From assembly GCA_905214675.1 (NCBI GenBank), contig CAJMMS010000002.1, positions 9,519-73,518 of the forward strand: a DNA stretch of 64,000 bases, in the 5' to 3' direction. Origin of the DNA: an uncultured bacterium. Its GTDB lineage: Bacteria; Bacillota; Clostridia; Lachnospirales; Lachnospiraceae. Positions 10,089-20,476 of this stretch are shown one piece after another. Position 1 is the stretch's first letter. Each line of letters starts with the position of its first letter. The notes under the pieces are model-generated. The model did not search any database, had not been told where the DNA came from, and was given only the letters and a program-made list of their open reading frames with translations. The position numbers were made by a program, and so were the translations under genes.

Positions 10089-11324
10089 ATGGGAATGCGA
10101 AACATTATTGTAGGACAGTCTGGAGGGCCAACTTCAGTTATCAATTCCAGTCTTGCGGGGGTTTACAAGACAGCGATTGAGCGTGGGTTTGACAAAGTAT
10201 ATGGTATGCTGCATGGAATCCAGGGATTTCTGGATGAACAGTATGTGGATCTTTCTACGCAGATTCATTCGGATATGGACATTGAACTTCTGAAGAGGAC
10301 ACCATCGGCATTTCTTGGTTCCTGCCGCTACAAACTTCCGGAGATCCACGAGGATATGGCAATCTATGAAAAGATTTTCGGAATTCTGGATAAGCTGGAG
10401 ATTGAAGCATTTATCTATATTGGCGGAAACGATTCCATGGATACCATCAAAAAGCTTTCGGATTATGCAATCGTTAAGGGACATAAACAGAAATTTTTAG
10501 GTGTACCAAAGACTATTGACAACGATCTTGCACTGACTGACCACACACCGGGATTTGGAAGTGCAGCCAAATACATCGGGGCATCGACAAAAGAGGTGAT
10601 CCGCGATGCACTGGGACTGACTTACAAAAAAGAGATGATCACGATCATTGAAGTCATGGGAAGAAATGCCGGATGGCTCACAGGAGCAACAGCACTTGCC
10701 AAAACAGAAGAATGTGAAGGACCGGATCTTATTTACCTGCCGGAAGTACCATTTGATATCGATGCATTTCTGGCAAAGATCAGAGAACTGCTCAAACAGA
10801 AAAAATCAATCGTTGTTGCTGTATCGGAAGGAATCAAACTTCCGGACGGACGTTATGTGTGTGAACTGTCCGGCGGCGGAGATTATGTAGATGCATTCGG
10901 ACACAAACAGCTTACCGGAACAGCCGCGTATCTGGCAAACTTCCTGGGAGCTGAGATCGGCTGCAAGACAAGGGCAGTGGAATTTTCAACCCTGCAGCGA
11001 AGTGCATCCCATATGGCGTCCCGTGTAGATATCAATGAGGCTTTTATGGTAGGCGGTGCAGCGGTGAAAGCGGCAGATGAAGGAGACAGCGGCAAGATGG
11101 TCGTGATCGACCGTGTTTCCGATGATCCTTATATGAGCGCAGCCGGTATCTATGATGTCCACAAGATTGCCAACAACGAAAAGACCGTTCCAAGAAACTG
11201 GCTGAATGAAACGGCAGACTATGTGACAGAAGAATTTATCAACTACATTGAACCCCTGATCCAGGGGGATTATTCACCATTTATGGTAAACGGACTTCCA
11301 CAGCATCTGGTTCTGAAAAAATAA
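10089..11324 (+). CDS. pfp: 6-phosphofructokinase, predicted pyrophosphate-dependent
   Basis: GQSGG, GGNDS (Asp in the GGDD-type motif), PKTIDND (Lys), EVMGR; ATG at 10089 follows AGGAGG. Confidence 0.85.
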   Translation: MGMRNIIVGQSGGPTSVINSSLAGVYKTAIERGFDKVYGMLHGIQGFLDEQYVDLSTQIHSDMDIELLKRTPSAFLGSCRYKLPEIHEDMAIYEKIFGILDKLEIEAFIYIGGNDSMDTIKKLSDYAIVKGHKQKFLGVPKTIDNDLALTDHTPGFGSAAKYIGASTKEVIRDALGLTYKKEMITIIEVMGRNAGWLTGATALAKTEECEGPDLIYLPEVPFDIDAFLAKIRELLKQKKSIVVAVSEGIKLPDGRYVCELSGGGDYVDAFGHKQLTGTAAYLANFLGAEIGCKTRAVEFSTLQRSASHMASRVDINEAFMVGGAAVKAADEGDSGKMVVIDRVSDDPYMSAAGIYDVHKIANNEKTVPRNWLNETADYVTEEFINYIEPLIQGDYSPFMVNGLPQHLVLKK

Positions 11325-11355
11325 CAAAAAAACTTCTTTTTTTGCGGGCAATAGC

Positions 11356-11383
11356 TTGACTGAGAGCAGATTTATGTTAGAAT
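11356..11383 (+). promoter_or_regulatory. Sigma-A-like promoter of ppdK
   Basis: TTGACT-16 nt-TAGAAT with a TG extension. Confidence 0.55.
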
Positions 11384-11452
11384 AATACTGTATGAAAGTT
11401 AAAAAGTTCTGACTGAACTGTATACAATTACTTTTGAGGAGGAAATAACACA

Positions 11453-14086
11453 ATGGCAACAAAATGGGTTTATATGTTCAAGGAAGGCGACGCCACCATG
11501 AGAAACCTGCTTGGTGGAAAAGGTGCCAACCTTGCTGAAATGACCAACCTTGGTCTGCCGGTACCACAGGGCTTCACGATCACAACAGAAGCTTGTACAC
11601 AGTACTATGAAGATGGCAGAAAGATCAACGACGAGATCATGGGACAGATCATGGAAGCGATCGACAAAATGGAAGGCATTACAGGCAAAAAATTCGGAGA
11701 TAAAGAGAATCCACTTCTGGTTTCTGTTCGTTCCGGAGCAAGAGCTTCTATGCCTGGTATGATGGACACGATCCTGAACTTAGGTCTGAATGAAGAAGTT
11801 GTTGAGACACTGGCACAGGCATCCGGCAATCCACGTTGGGCTTGGGACTGCTACAGAAGATTTATCCAGATGTTCTCAGACGTAGTTATGGAAGTAGGTA
11901 AAAAATACTTCGAAGAGCTGATCGACAAGATGAAAGAAGAAAAAGGCGTTAAACAGGACGTAGACCTGGATGCTGATGATCTTAAGAAACTGGCTGAACA
12001 GTTCAAAGCTGAGTACAAAGAGAAGATCGGTAAAGACTTCCCGACAGACCCGAAGGAACAGCTTATGGAAGCTATCAAAGCTGTATTCCGTTCATGGGAT
12101 AACCCAAGAGCAAATGTATATCGTCGTGACAACGATATCCCATATTCATGGGGAACCGCTGTAAACGTACAGATGATGGCATTTGGTAACATGGGTGATG
12201 ACTGCGGTACAGGTGTTGCATTTACACGTGACCCGGCTACAGGAGAAAATGGTCTGTTTGGTGAATTCCTGACAAACGCACAGGGCGAAGACGTAGTTGC
12301 TGGTGTTCGTACACCTATGCACATTTCCGAAATGGAAGAAAAATTCCCTGAAGCATTCGTACAGTTCAAGAACGTATGCGAAACTCTGGAAAAACACTAC
12401 AGAGATATGCAGGATATGGAGTTCACAGTAGAACATGGTAAACTGTACATGCTGCAGACACGTAATGGTAAGAGAACTGCAAAAGCTGCTCTGAAGATCG
12501 CTTGTGACCTGGTAGATGAAGGCATGAGAACAGAAGAAGAAGCTGTAGCAATGATCGACCCACGTAACCTGGATTCTCTGTTGCATCCACAGTTCGATGC
12601 TGCTGCACTGAAAGCTGCTGAACCACTGGCAAAAGCACTGGGTGCTTCACCGGGAGCTGCTTGCGGTAAGATCGTATTCACAGCCGATGACGCTGTAGAA
12701 TGGGCTGCAAGAGGAGAAAAAGTTGTTCTGGTTCGTCTTGAGACATCACCGGAAGACATCACAGGTATGAAATCTGCACAGGGTATCCTGACAGTTCGTG
12801 GTGGTATGACATCTCACGCTGCTGTAGTAGCCCGTGGTATGGGTACATGCTGTGTATCCGGATGCGGCGACATCACTATGGACGAAGCAAACAAGAAATT
12901 TACACTGGCTGGAAAAGAATATCACGAAGGTGATTGCATTTCCCTGGACGGTTCCACAGGTAATATCTATGACGGCATCATCCCGACCGTACCGGCAACC
13001 ATCGCTGGTGAATTCGGAAGAATCATGGGATGGGCTGATAAATTCAGAACTATGAAAGTTCGTACAAACGCAGACACACCGGCAGACGCTAAAAAAGCTC
13101 GTGAGCTGGGTGCAGAAGGTATCGGTCTTTGCCGTACAGAGCATATGTTCTTCGAAGGCAACAGAATTGATGCATTCCGTGAAATGATCTGCTCTGAAAC
13201 TGTAGAAGAAAGAGAAGCTGCACTGGCTAAGATCCTTCCGGAACAGCAGGGCGACTTCGAAAAACTGTATGAAGCACTGGAAGGTAACCCAGTTACCATC
13301 CGTTTCCTGGATCCGCCTCTGCATGAGTTCGTTCCGACGGAAGAAGAGGACATCAAGAAACTGGCTGACGCACAGGGCAAGACTGTTGAACAGATCAAAG
13401 CTATCATCGACAGCCTGCATGAGTTCAACCCGATGATGGGTCATCGTGGATGCCGTCTGGCAGTTACTTATCCGGAAATCGCTAAAATGCAGACAACAGC
13501 CGTTATCCGTGCAGCTATCAATGTAAAGAAAGCTCATCCGGACTGGGCAGTTAAACCGGAAATCATGATCCCACTGGTTGGTGACATCAAAGAGCTGAAA
13601 TACGTTAAGAAGTTCGTTGTTGAGACAGCAGACGCTGAAATCGCAGCAGCAGGAAGCGATCTGGAATACGAAGTAGGTACTATGATCGAGATCCCGAGAG
13701 CAGCACTGACTGCTGACGATATCGCAAAAGAAGCTGACTTCTTCTGCTTCGGTACAAACGACCTGACTCAGATGACATACGGCTTCTCACGTGATGATGC
13801 TGGTAAATTCCTGGATGCTTACTACGATGCTAAGATCTTCGAAAACGATCCGTTCGCAAAACTGGATCAGGTTGGCGTTGGCAAACTGATGAAGATGGCT
13901 ATCGAATTAGGAAAACCGGTTAATCCGAAACTGCACGTAGGTATCTGCGGCGAACATGGTGGAGATCCAAGCTCTGTAGAATTCTGCAACAGCATTGGTC
14001 TTGACTATGTATCCTGCTCACCGTTCCGTGTACCGATCGCTCGTCTGGCAGCAGCTCAGGCAGCAATCGCTCAGAAGAACGCATAA
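11453..14086 (+). CDS. ppdK: Pyruvate, phosphate dikinase
   Basis: LGGKGANLAEM, SVRSGA, GGMTSHAAVVARG (phospho-His), GTNDLTQ, GICGEHGG; 877 aa. Confidence 0.98.
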   Translation: MATKWVYMFKEGDATMRNLLGGKGANLAEMTNLGLPVPQGFTITTEACTQYYEDGRKINDEIMGQIMEAIDKMEGITGKKFGDKENPLLVSVRSGARASMPGMMDTILNLGLNEEVVETLAQASGNPRWAWDCYRRFIQMFSDVVMEVGKKYFEELIDKMKEEKGVKQDVDLDADDLKKLAEQFKAEYKEKIGKDFPTDPKEQLMEAIKAVFRSWDNPRANVYRRDNDIPYSWGTAVNVQMMAFGNMGDDCGTGVAFTRDPATGENGLFGEFLTNAQGEDVVAGVRTPMHISEMEEKFPEAFVQFKNVCETLEKHYRDMQDMEFTVEHGKLYMLQTRNGKRTAKAALKIACDLVDEGMRTEEEAVAMIDPRNLDSLLHPQFDAAALKAAEPLAKALGASPGAACGKIVFTADDAVEWAARGEKVVLVRLETSPEDITGMKSAQGILTVRGGMTSHAAVVARGMGTCCVSGCGDITMDEANKKFTLAGKEYHEGDCISLDGSTGNIYDGIIPTVPATIAGEFGRIMGWADKFRTMKVRTNADTPADAKKARELGAEGIGLCRTEHMFFEGNRIDAFREMICSETVEEREAALAKILPEQQGDFEKLYEALEGNPVTIRFLDPPLHEFVPTEEEDIKKLADAQGKTVEQIKAIIDSLHEFNPMMGHRGCRLAVTYPEIAKMQTTAVIRAAINVKKAHPDWAVKPEIMIPLVGDIKELKYVKKFVVETADAEIAAAGSDLEYEVGTMIEIPRAALTADDIAKEADFFCFGTNDLTQMTYGFSRDDAGKFLDAYYDAKIFENDPFAKLDQVGVGKLMKMAIELGKPVNPKLHVGICGEHGGDPSSVEFCNSIGLDYVSCSPFRVPIARLAAAQAAIAQKNA

Positions 14087-14168
14087 TTTGAGCATGATCA
14101 CAGGGCAGTAAATGTCCTGAAACATAAAGACACCTGATCTGATCAGGTAATAGTCCAAGCGTAAATCA

Positions 14169-14216
14169 GGACTCCTGGAATCCTGGAGATGATCCAAGGT
14201 TTCAGGGGTCTTTTTT
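14169..14216 (+). terminator. Rho-independent terminator after ppdK
   Basis: Long stem GGACTCCTGGAATCCTGGA...TCCAAGGTTTCAGGGGTC followed by T6. Confidence 0.75.
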
Positions 14217-14517
14217 GTTGCAGTGACGAGAAAATATGCAAAAAGCGACAAAATACCACCTTTTTGTTGGAAAAAAGAAAAACTTATTGTGCTATAATAG
14301 AAAAGATAGCTTGTAGATCTGATGCCAGAATTTCCGGACATGGAGATTCTGGCATTTACAGATAGAATGGAAATTCCTGGAATCAGCAGAAGGAGTTTGG
14401 CATCCCCGGAGTGATAACATACAATAAAAAAATATGCCTCGTAGACCTGGCAAAGACGGACGAAACGAAGCATACGATGGAGATGACGGAAAATCAGAAA
14501 GATAAGGATAAAAAGAT

Positions 14518-16440
14518 ATGGCAGATATATCATTTCAGGATGCAGGCAGTGGGCTGTGGGATGAAATGCAGGAATGTTTGATTTATATACAGAACCATCC
14601 GGAGCAGAATATTACAGCAGAGGAACTGGCCGGAAGAATGGCATATGATCCGATGGAGTTTGCCTATTTGTTTGATCTGTTTTTTGAAAAAAGAATCGAA
14701 AAATGGGAAGCAGAAGTGGTCCGGTCCTATAAAGGATCCGGCAGGATGCCATATGAAAGAGCGGCAGACAGAACGTGGATCGATGTCTGTTTTATTCGAA
14801 GAGGCACACAGAAACTGGCGGCGCAGCCGGTTTTTGCTGAAGAAAGCAAGGGCAGTTCTTTTTTGGAGACAGGAATGAAAAATATTGAGGCGTATGCCAG
14901 AGAGCAGTGGAAAAAGCGAATCCGTATAAAAGAGCGTATGCTGTTCTGGTGGCATGACAGCGAATATCATTTTCACTTTCTTATGGGAAGTCAAAAGACG
15001 GAAGAGGAGTCAGAAAAAGGGACGAATACATTTGAAATTGAATTAGAGGCATCAGATTATGCAGTATTTACCTGGAAGGAAAATACTGCCGGTAAGCCGG
15101 AAGAAGAGATGCTGAAAGCCGTATTGAAGTATGCCCTGTGTGACTGGGAAAAAGAGACCCAGATAGCCTATGACCGGAATAAAATTTATTTTATTTCCTA
15201 TGAAAATGGAAAGTACGCTGTTTATATGCCTCTGAAAAAGAGGATTCAGGAAAATTATAAGATCAAACACGAAAACAGAGAACGGAAAATTTACGGTCTG
15301 GATGAATGGATCGATTACATAGATGAACATATTGAGGAAGAACTGACAGCAAAAGATCTTGCAGCAGTCTTTGGCTATTCTGAGCGCCATTTTCGAAATG
15401 TGTTCCAGATTTATTATGATGTAAAACTAAATGACTATATACGAAAAAGAAAATTACATTTTGCCGCACAGGAATTAAAAAATGGAAAAAAACCAGAAAA
15501 AGTGGCCAGAAAATATGCCTTTAAAAGCAACGTCAGATTCAGCAGAGCTTTTCACGGAGAATACGGTATGACACCGGCGAAATATTATAAAGAAGAGTTT
15601 CAGAATGAAGAATGGATCCGCTACATTGATCAGCATATTACAGAAGATCTGACGGTGGAGCGTCTTGCAGCAGAATTTCATTATTCGAAGGATCATTTTC
15701 GCAAGGAATTCCAGGATGCTTTTGGAGTGGGACCGGTGACTTATATCACACAGCGGAAAGTGCGTCTTGCAGCACAGAAACTGCGGGAAGGAAAGACAAT
15801 CGATGAAGCTGGAAAAGTGTTTGGATTTCATTCACGAAATGGATTTGATAAAGCATTTCGCAGAGTATTTTATACCAGTCCGGCAAAATATGCAAAAGCA
15901 AAACCGGAGGTCGTAAACCTCAATCGTTATTATTCAGAATATAAAAATAAAATAAAAGTCTCATATATTGAGATGGATGAGATCAAAATGGCGGGCTGGA
16001 CGATCATTGCCAATCGCCGGGAGGCAGATATTCCGGCACAACTGGCATTCTGGCTCGATAAACATTCTTTGCAGTATCAGAAACTGAATACACTTTCAGA
16101 GGAGGGAAAAGGCAGAGATAAGATTGCCCTGTGGTACAGGGAAAAGAAAAATATCGAGTATATTCTGGGATCGATCGTAGACTCTTTTGACGGCATTCCG
16201 GAAGATGCATTCCAGGTTACGATCGCAGCCGGACGTTATGCAGTTTTTGAATCGGATCAGGAAAATGATATGGAAAATCTGCCGGAAACCGTGCGGATGT
16301 TTGCAAGATGTGTGCTGTATGGCTGGATACGGGAACACAGGGACATGCTGTGTCTGCAACGAGTCAGCTTTGAACGTTATACAGATCAGAAAATGTATCT
16401 TTATGTTCCGGTCAACGAAACAGAGAATGGAAAAAAGTAA
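14518..16440 (+). CDS. AraC-family regulator with repeated HTH modules and two GyrI-like effector domains
   Basis: Two full AraC HTH pairs (YIDEHIEEELT...GMTPAKY; YIDQHITEDLT...TSPAKY), a degenerate N-terminal HTH, and two GyrI-like segments (LEASDYAVF, IAAGRYAVF). Confidence 0.8.
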   Translation: MADISFQDAGSGLWDEMQECLIYIQNHPEQNITAEELAGRMAYDPMEFAYLFDLFFEKRIEKWEAEVVRSYKGSGRMPYERAADRTWIDVCFIRRGTQKLAAQPVFAEESKGSSFLETGMKNIEAYAREQWKKRIRIKERMLFWWHDSEYHFHFLMGSQKTEEESEKGTNTFEIELEASDYAVFTWKENTAGKPEEEMLKAVLKYALCDWEKETQIAYDRNKIYFISYENGKYAVYMPLKKRIQENYKIKHENRERKIYGLDEWIDYIDEHIEEELTAKDLAAVFGYSERHFRNVFQIYYDVKLNDYIRKRKLHFAAQELKNGKKPEKVARKYAFKSNVRFSRAFHGEYGMTPAKYYKEEFQNEEWIRYIDQHITEDLTVERLAAEFHYSKDHFRKEFQDAFGVGPVTYITQRKVRLAAQKLREGKTIDEAGKVFGFHSRNGFDKAFRRVFYTSPAKYAKAKPEVVNLNRYYSEYKNKIKVSYIEMDEIKMAGWTIIANRREADIPAQLAFWLDKHSLQYQKLNTLSEEGKGRDKIALWYREKKNIEYILGSIVDSFDGIPEDAFQVTIAAGRYAVFESDQENDMENLPETVRMFARCVLYGWIREHRDMLCLQRVSFERYTDQKMYLYVPVNETENGKK

Positions 16441-16443
16441 GAA

Positions 16444-18229
16444 ATGGAGGAGCAGAACGTGAAAAAAGGGGAACAAGGTAGAAAGAGAAGAGTAGCATAT
16501 ATGCTGGCAGTCATGTTGCTGATCTCTTCTTCTTTCGGTGTTTCTTATGCCGGAACAGATCTGCCGGTTGAAAAGCAGAGCGAGGCGCAAAGTGAGCTGC
16601 AAAAGCAGGAGAATGCCAAGAAAGAAAAAGAAAATGAACCAGCGCAGGAAACGGAAAGTGAAACACAGAGCGAACCACAGAAAGAAACAGAAAGTGAAAA
16701 GCAGAGTGAGTCACAGAAAGAGACGGAAAGTGAAAAGCAGAGTGAGTCACAGAAAGAGACGGAAAGCGAAAAGCAGAGTGAGTCACAGAAAGAAACGGAA
16801 AGCGAGAAACAGAGTGAATCGCAGAAAGAGACAGAAAGTGAAAAACAGAGTGAGTCACAGAAAGAAACAAAGCAGGGCAATGTGGAAAGACAGAATGTTC
16901 TCACTTCTGTGAGAGCATATCTTTTGCAGAAAAACAGCAATCCGGATTTTAGCAGTATCTGGAATGTGATCTGACTTCAGAGAAGTGGAATGGAAGTGCC
17001 GGAAGCTTATCGGAAGACGTTTTATCAGAATGTCTATACATACTGTGAGCAGAAAAACTGGATCCTGACCCGGACAAAGTATTCTGACTATTCAAAACTG
17101 ATCATGGCACTGACTTCCATCGGGATAGATGCACAGGATGTCGGAGGACACAATCTGTTTGAGTATCTGGCAGATTATGAAAATGTAAAAATGCAGGGAA
17201 TCAACGGGCCAATCTGGGCGCTGATCGCGCTGAACTGTCATCCGTCTTATTCTATTCCGGAAAAGAAGGAGGCGGAAGTACAGACAACGGAAGAACTGCT
17301 GGTACAGGCAGTGTTAGAAGCACAGTGTCCGGATGGCGGCTGGAATCTGGCAGGCGGTCAGGGAGATTCCGATATGACGGGTATGGCACTGCAGGCACTT
17401 TCTTTTTATTATGGAACACGCACCGATGTGACAGCGGCGGTAAACAGGGCACTTGCCTGGATTTCAGAAAACCAGCAGTGATACAGAGGAGACAGACAAA
17501 CCTGGTAACGGAAGCAATAGTGGAGCAGGTTCCGGAAGTACCATACAGCCTGTTTATCAAAAAACAAAAGCCAAAAGGATTACTTTGAATTACAAAAAAA
17601 TCCATCTGACGGTAGGACAGAGCAAAAAACTGAAGGCAACCATTTATCCGAAAAATACGACCGCCAAAAGTATAATGTGGTTCACAACGGATAAAAAGGT
17701 AGCGGTGCTTGGGAAAAATGGGAAAGTGATCGGCAGAGGAGCCGGTGCGGCAGTAATCACGGTTATGACGATGGATGGAAGCAGGAAAAAAGCATCCTGT
17801 AAAGTGATTGTGCAGGAAACCAGAAAAGTGACACCAAAGCCTTCCGGTCAGAGAAAAACCATTCCGGCAGCTACAGGCAAAAAAGCACCATCTGGACAGA
17901 CGAAAACACTTTCGAATACAAAAAGCAACAATTCCACGGGAAATGGAAAAAAGAATTCTGTGGATACCAAAAAGAAAAAGAACAAAGAAACCGAAGCAGA
18001 AACAGGATGGAGTTTTGACGGTGCCGATTATGTACCGGATATGGCAGAAAGTGTGGAAAAGGAACTGGAAAGTGAAAGAGAAGAGGCAAAAGAAGAAGTG
18101 CATAAAGAAATAAAAAGACAGGTCAGAATCCTGATGCCGGCAGCACTTTCCGGCGCTGGCGTGCTCGTACTTTTTGAAGCACTGGCATTTGGTATCTATC
18201 GCAAAAAGAAAGGAAGAAAAATAAGATGA
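16444..18229 (+). pseudogene. Disrupted cell-surface protein gene: signal peptide, 12-aa repeats, prenyltransferase/squalene-cyclase-like alpha/alpha repeats, Big_2 Ig-like domain, C-terminal TM anchor
   Basis: In-frame TGA at 16972-16974 (WNVI*LQRSG); frame change near 17478; motifs QGINGPIWALIAL, QCPDGGW and DMTGMALQAL; Big_2-like segment LTVGQSKKLKATIYP...WFTTDKKVAV; TM helix plus basic tail. Confidence 0.8.
16642..16869 (+). repeat. 36-bp coding tandem repeat (QKETESEKQSES x5 plus one degenerate and one partial unit)
   Basis: Units start at 16678, 16714, 16750, 16786 and 16822; degenerate unit at 16642, partial at 16858; the five core units differ only at synonymous positions. Confidence 0.95.
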
Positions 18230-19488
18230 GAGTAAAGAAAAATACGAAAAGTGTGCTTGCATTTTTACTGTGTGTCATTCTGATGCTGACCATGGGATGT
18301 GCGAAAGGAACAGAAAAGGAACCGTCAACAGGCGGTACCTCAGATGCAGCTTTAGCAGAGATAAATGAGATACCGGCCGATGGCATCATCACAAAAGATC
18401 AGTTTCAGAGCGTAGCAGGAAAGGATCAGAAAGTTCAGTTTAAAGGGACAACCGAGGACGGGATCACCTACATCTGGACGTATGACTGTGCGAAGATCCA
18501 GAATCCGGAAGATCAGAATCTGAAGATTGATTTTACACAGGAGAATCTGGATGAGATTAAAAAGCAGGCAAACAATGCCAACGATGCACTGCAGATGACG
18601 ATGCACGGAAAAGGGCTGATCTGTGTTCCGACCCTGGAAGTGACGTTGCCGCAGAACTGGGAGTCCAATGAAGCGTATCTTGTCAAAGAACAGGATGGCA
18701 GGCTGGCGAAAATGAGTGATGTAACCGTAACAAATGACAAGGAAAGTACAACACTTGTCATGAATGTAACTTCTCTGGATGGGGACTGCTATGTGATCGG
18801 CGGAATCACAGAGGAGCAGAACAAAGGTGCGGATGCGGCAAACAAAAGTTCGAAAAAGAAAGAGGACAAAGAGCAGGGGCAGGAAACACAGAATGAAGCA
18901 GAAAGCGGTATGCAAGAGAGCGATACCGATGACATGGAAAATGAAGCGGATGAAGAACAGGCCAATGAGAATGACGCTTCCGGGCAGGATGTAAAGAGTG
19001 ACGAAAGAGCAGATGATCCGGCAGAAGGGGAAAACGGTCAGGAAAAAGGTGGCAATGCAAACAGTGGTACAGCGGCTTCTTCCAATACCTGCACGATCTC
19101 CATCAGTTGTGCAACGATTCTGGACAATATGGATGACCTGAAGAGCAGCAAAGCAGAATTTGTTCCGTCCGATGGATGGATCCTGGCACCGACTGAGGTT
19201 GAATTTACCGAGGGAGAATCCGTACACGATGTTCTGCAGAGAGTTTGCAGAGAGGCAGGCATTCAGATGGAATCCAGCTTCACACCGGCGTACAATTCTG
19301 CTTATGTGGAAGGCATCAACAACCTTTACGAGTTTGACTGCGGACAGCTTTCTGGCTGGATGTTCAGCGTAAATGGCTGGTATCCGAACTATGGATGCAG
19401 CAAATACACCGTAAATGCCGGCGATGAGATCTGCTGGGTATATACCTGCAACCTCGGAAAAGACGTAGGCGATAATTCCATGTATTAA
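18226..19488 (+). CDS. DUF4430 (transcobalamin C-terminal-like) lipoprotein, putative substrate-capture protein
   Basis: TMGC lipobox; acidic linker; C-terminal YVEGINNLYEFDCG..SGWMFSVNG.YPNYGCSKY. Confidence 0.8.
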   Translation: MRVKKNTKSVLAFLLCVILMLTMGCAKGTEKEPSTGGTSDAALAEINEIPADGIITKDQFQSVAGKDQKVQFKGTTEDGITYIWTYDCAKIQNPEDQNLKIDFTQENLDEIKKQANNANDALQMTMHGKGLICVPTLEVTLPQNWESNEAYLVKEQDGRLAKMSDVTVTNDKESTTLVMNVTSLDGDCYVIGGITEEQNKGADAANKSSKKKEDKEQGQETQNEAESGMQESDTDDMENEADEEQANENDASGQDVKSDERADDPAEGENGQEKGGNANSGTAASSNTCTISISCATILDNMDDLKSSKAEFVPSDGWILAPTEVEFTEGESVHDVLQRVCREAGIQMESSFTPAYNSAYVEGINNLYEFDCGQLSGWMFSVNGWYPNYGCSKYTVNAGDEICWVYTCNLGKDVGDNSMY

Positions 19489-19515
19489 AGAAAGAGGCAG
19501 ATGCCGGAGGTAAAC

Positions 19516-20460
19516 ATGAAAGATACATTCTCTACATACCATCCGCTTCTGAATATGCTTTATTTTGTCGGAGTGATCGGGGTGACCGTATTTGTCGTTC
19601 ACCCGGTCATTCTGGCAATTTCTCTGTTTGGAGGAATTGCATATTCGGTACTGTTAAAGGGATGGCAGAAAACAGTCAAATTTAACCTGATCTTTTCGAT
19701 TCCGATGATGCTGATCGTGGCACTGATGAACCCGATGTTCAACCACTACGGCGTGACGATCATCGGATATCTGCACAACGGCAATCCGTTTACACTGGAG
19801 AGCTGCGTGTACGGTCTGGTGATGGCAATGATGCTGGTGTGCACGATGATCTGGTTTTCCTGTTATACCGTCGTGATGACATCGGACAAATTTATCTACC
19901 TTTTCGGAAAGCTTATACCGGCACTGTCGCTGGTGCTTTCCATGTGCCTTCGGTTTGTGCCGAAGTTCACCCGTGAGGCAGGCGTGATCTCGGATGGACA
20001 GAAATGCATCGGACGCAGCACTGAAAATGGCAGTCTGGTAAAACGTGCAAAACATGGGATCACGATTTTTTCCATCCTGGTGACCTGGGCACTGGAAAAT
20101 GCGATCGAGACTTCGGATTCCATGAAATGCCGCGGTTACGGCGAAAAGGGCAGAACGGCATTCTCCCTGTACCGCTTTGATAAACGGGATATTTTCTGTC
20201 TGCTGTTTATGGTTCTGAGTTTTGCACTGACACTGTTCGGATTTTCCAAAGGCTATACCTTCTGTCAGTATAATCCGAAGATCATTGTAAAAGGGATTCC
20301 GCTGACGGCGGGAAGTCTGCTGGTATATCTGGCATTTTTCCTGTTTTCCGTGCTTCCGGTCGTCCTGGAAGTCTGGGACCGTTATCAGTGGAAACAGAGA
20401 CGCAGACAGGTGGAAAAAGCAGAACAGGCCAATTATCGCCTGTGGGAAGTACAGGATTAG
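19516..20460 (+). CDS. ECF transporter transmembrane T component
   Basis: Multi-TM protein with coupling-helix motifs LRFVP and SMKCRG; ATG at 19516 follows GGAGG. Confidence 0.88.
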   Translation: MKDTFSTYHPLLNMLYFVGVIGVTVFVVHPVILAISLFGGIAYSVLLKGWQKTVKFNLIFSIPMMLIVALMNPMFNHYGVTIIGYLHNGNPFTLESCVYGLVMAMMLVCTMIWFSCYTVVMTSDKFIYLFGKLIPALSLVLSMCLRFVPKFTREAGVISDGQKCIGRSTENGSLVKRAKHGITIFSILVTWALENAIETSDSMKCRGYGEKGRTAFSLYRFDKRDIFCLLFMVLSFALTLFGFSKGYTFCQYNPKIIVKGIPLTAGSLLVYLAFFLFSVLPVVLEVWDRYQWKQRRRQVEKAEQANYRLWEVQD

Positions 20461-20476
20461 AAGAAGGAGAGAGGCG

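Noticed and set aside
16642..16869. CRISPR array (36-bp period)
   Set aside because: Units are contiguous with no unique spacers, vary synonymously and lie in a coding frame; no cas genes.
16972..16974. Selenocysteine or recoded TGA in the surface protein
   Set aside because: The position corresponds to an expected Gly rather than Cys, other genes use TGA as a normal stop, and the gene has a second lesion.
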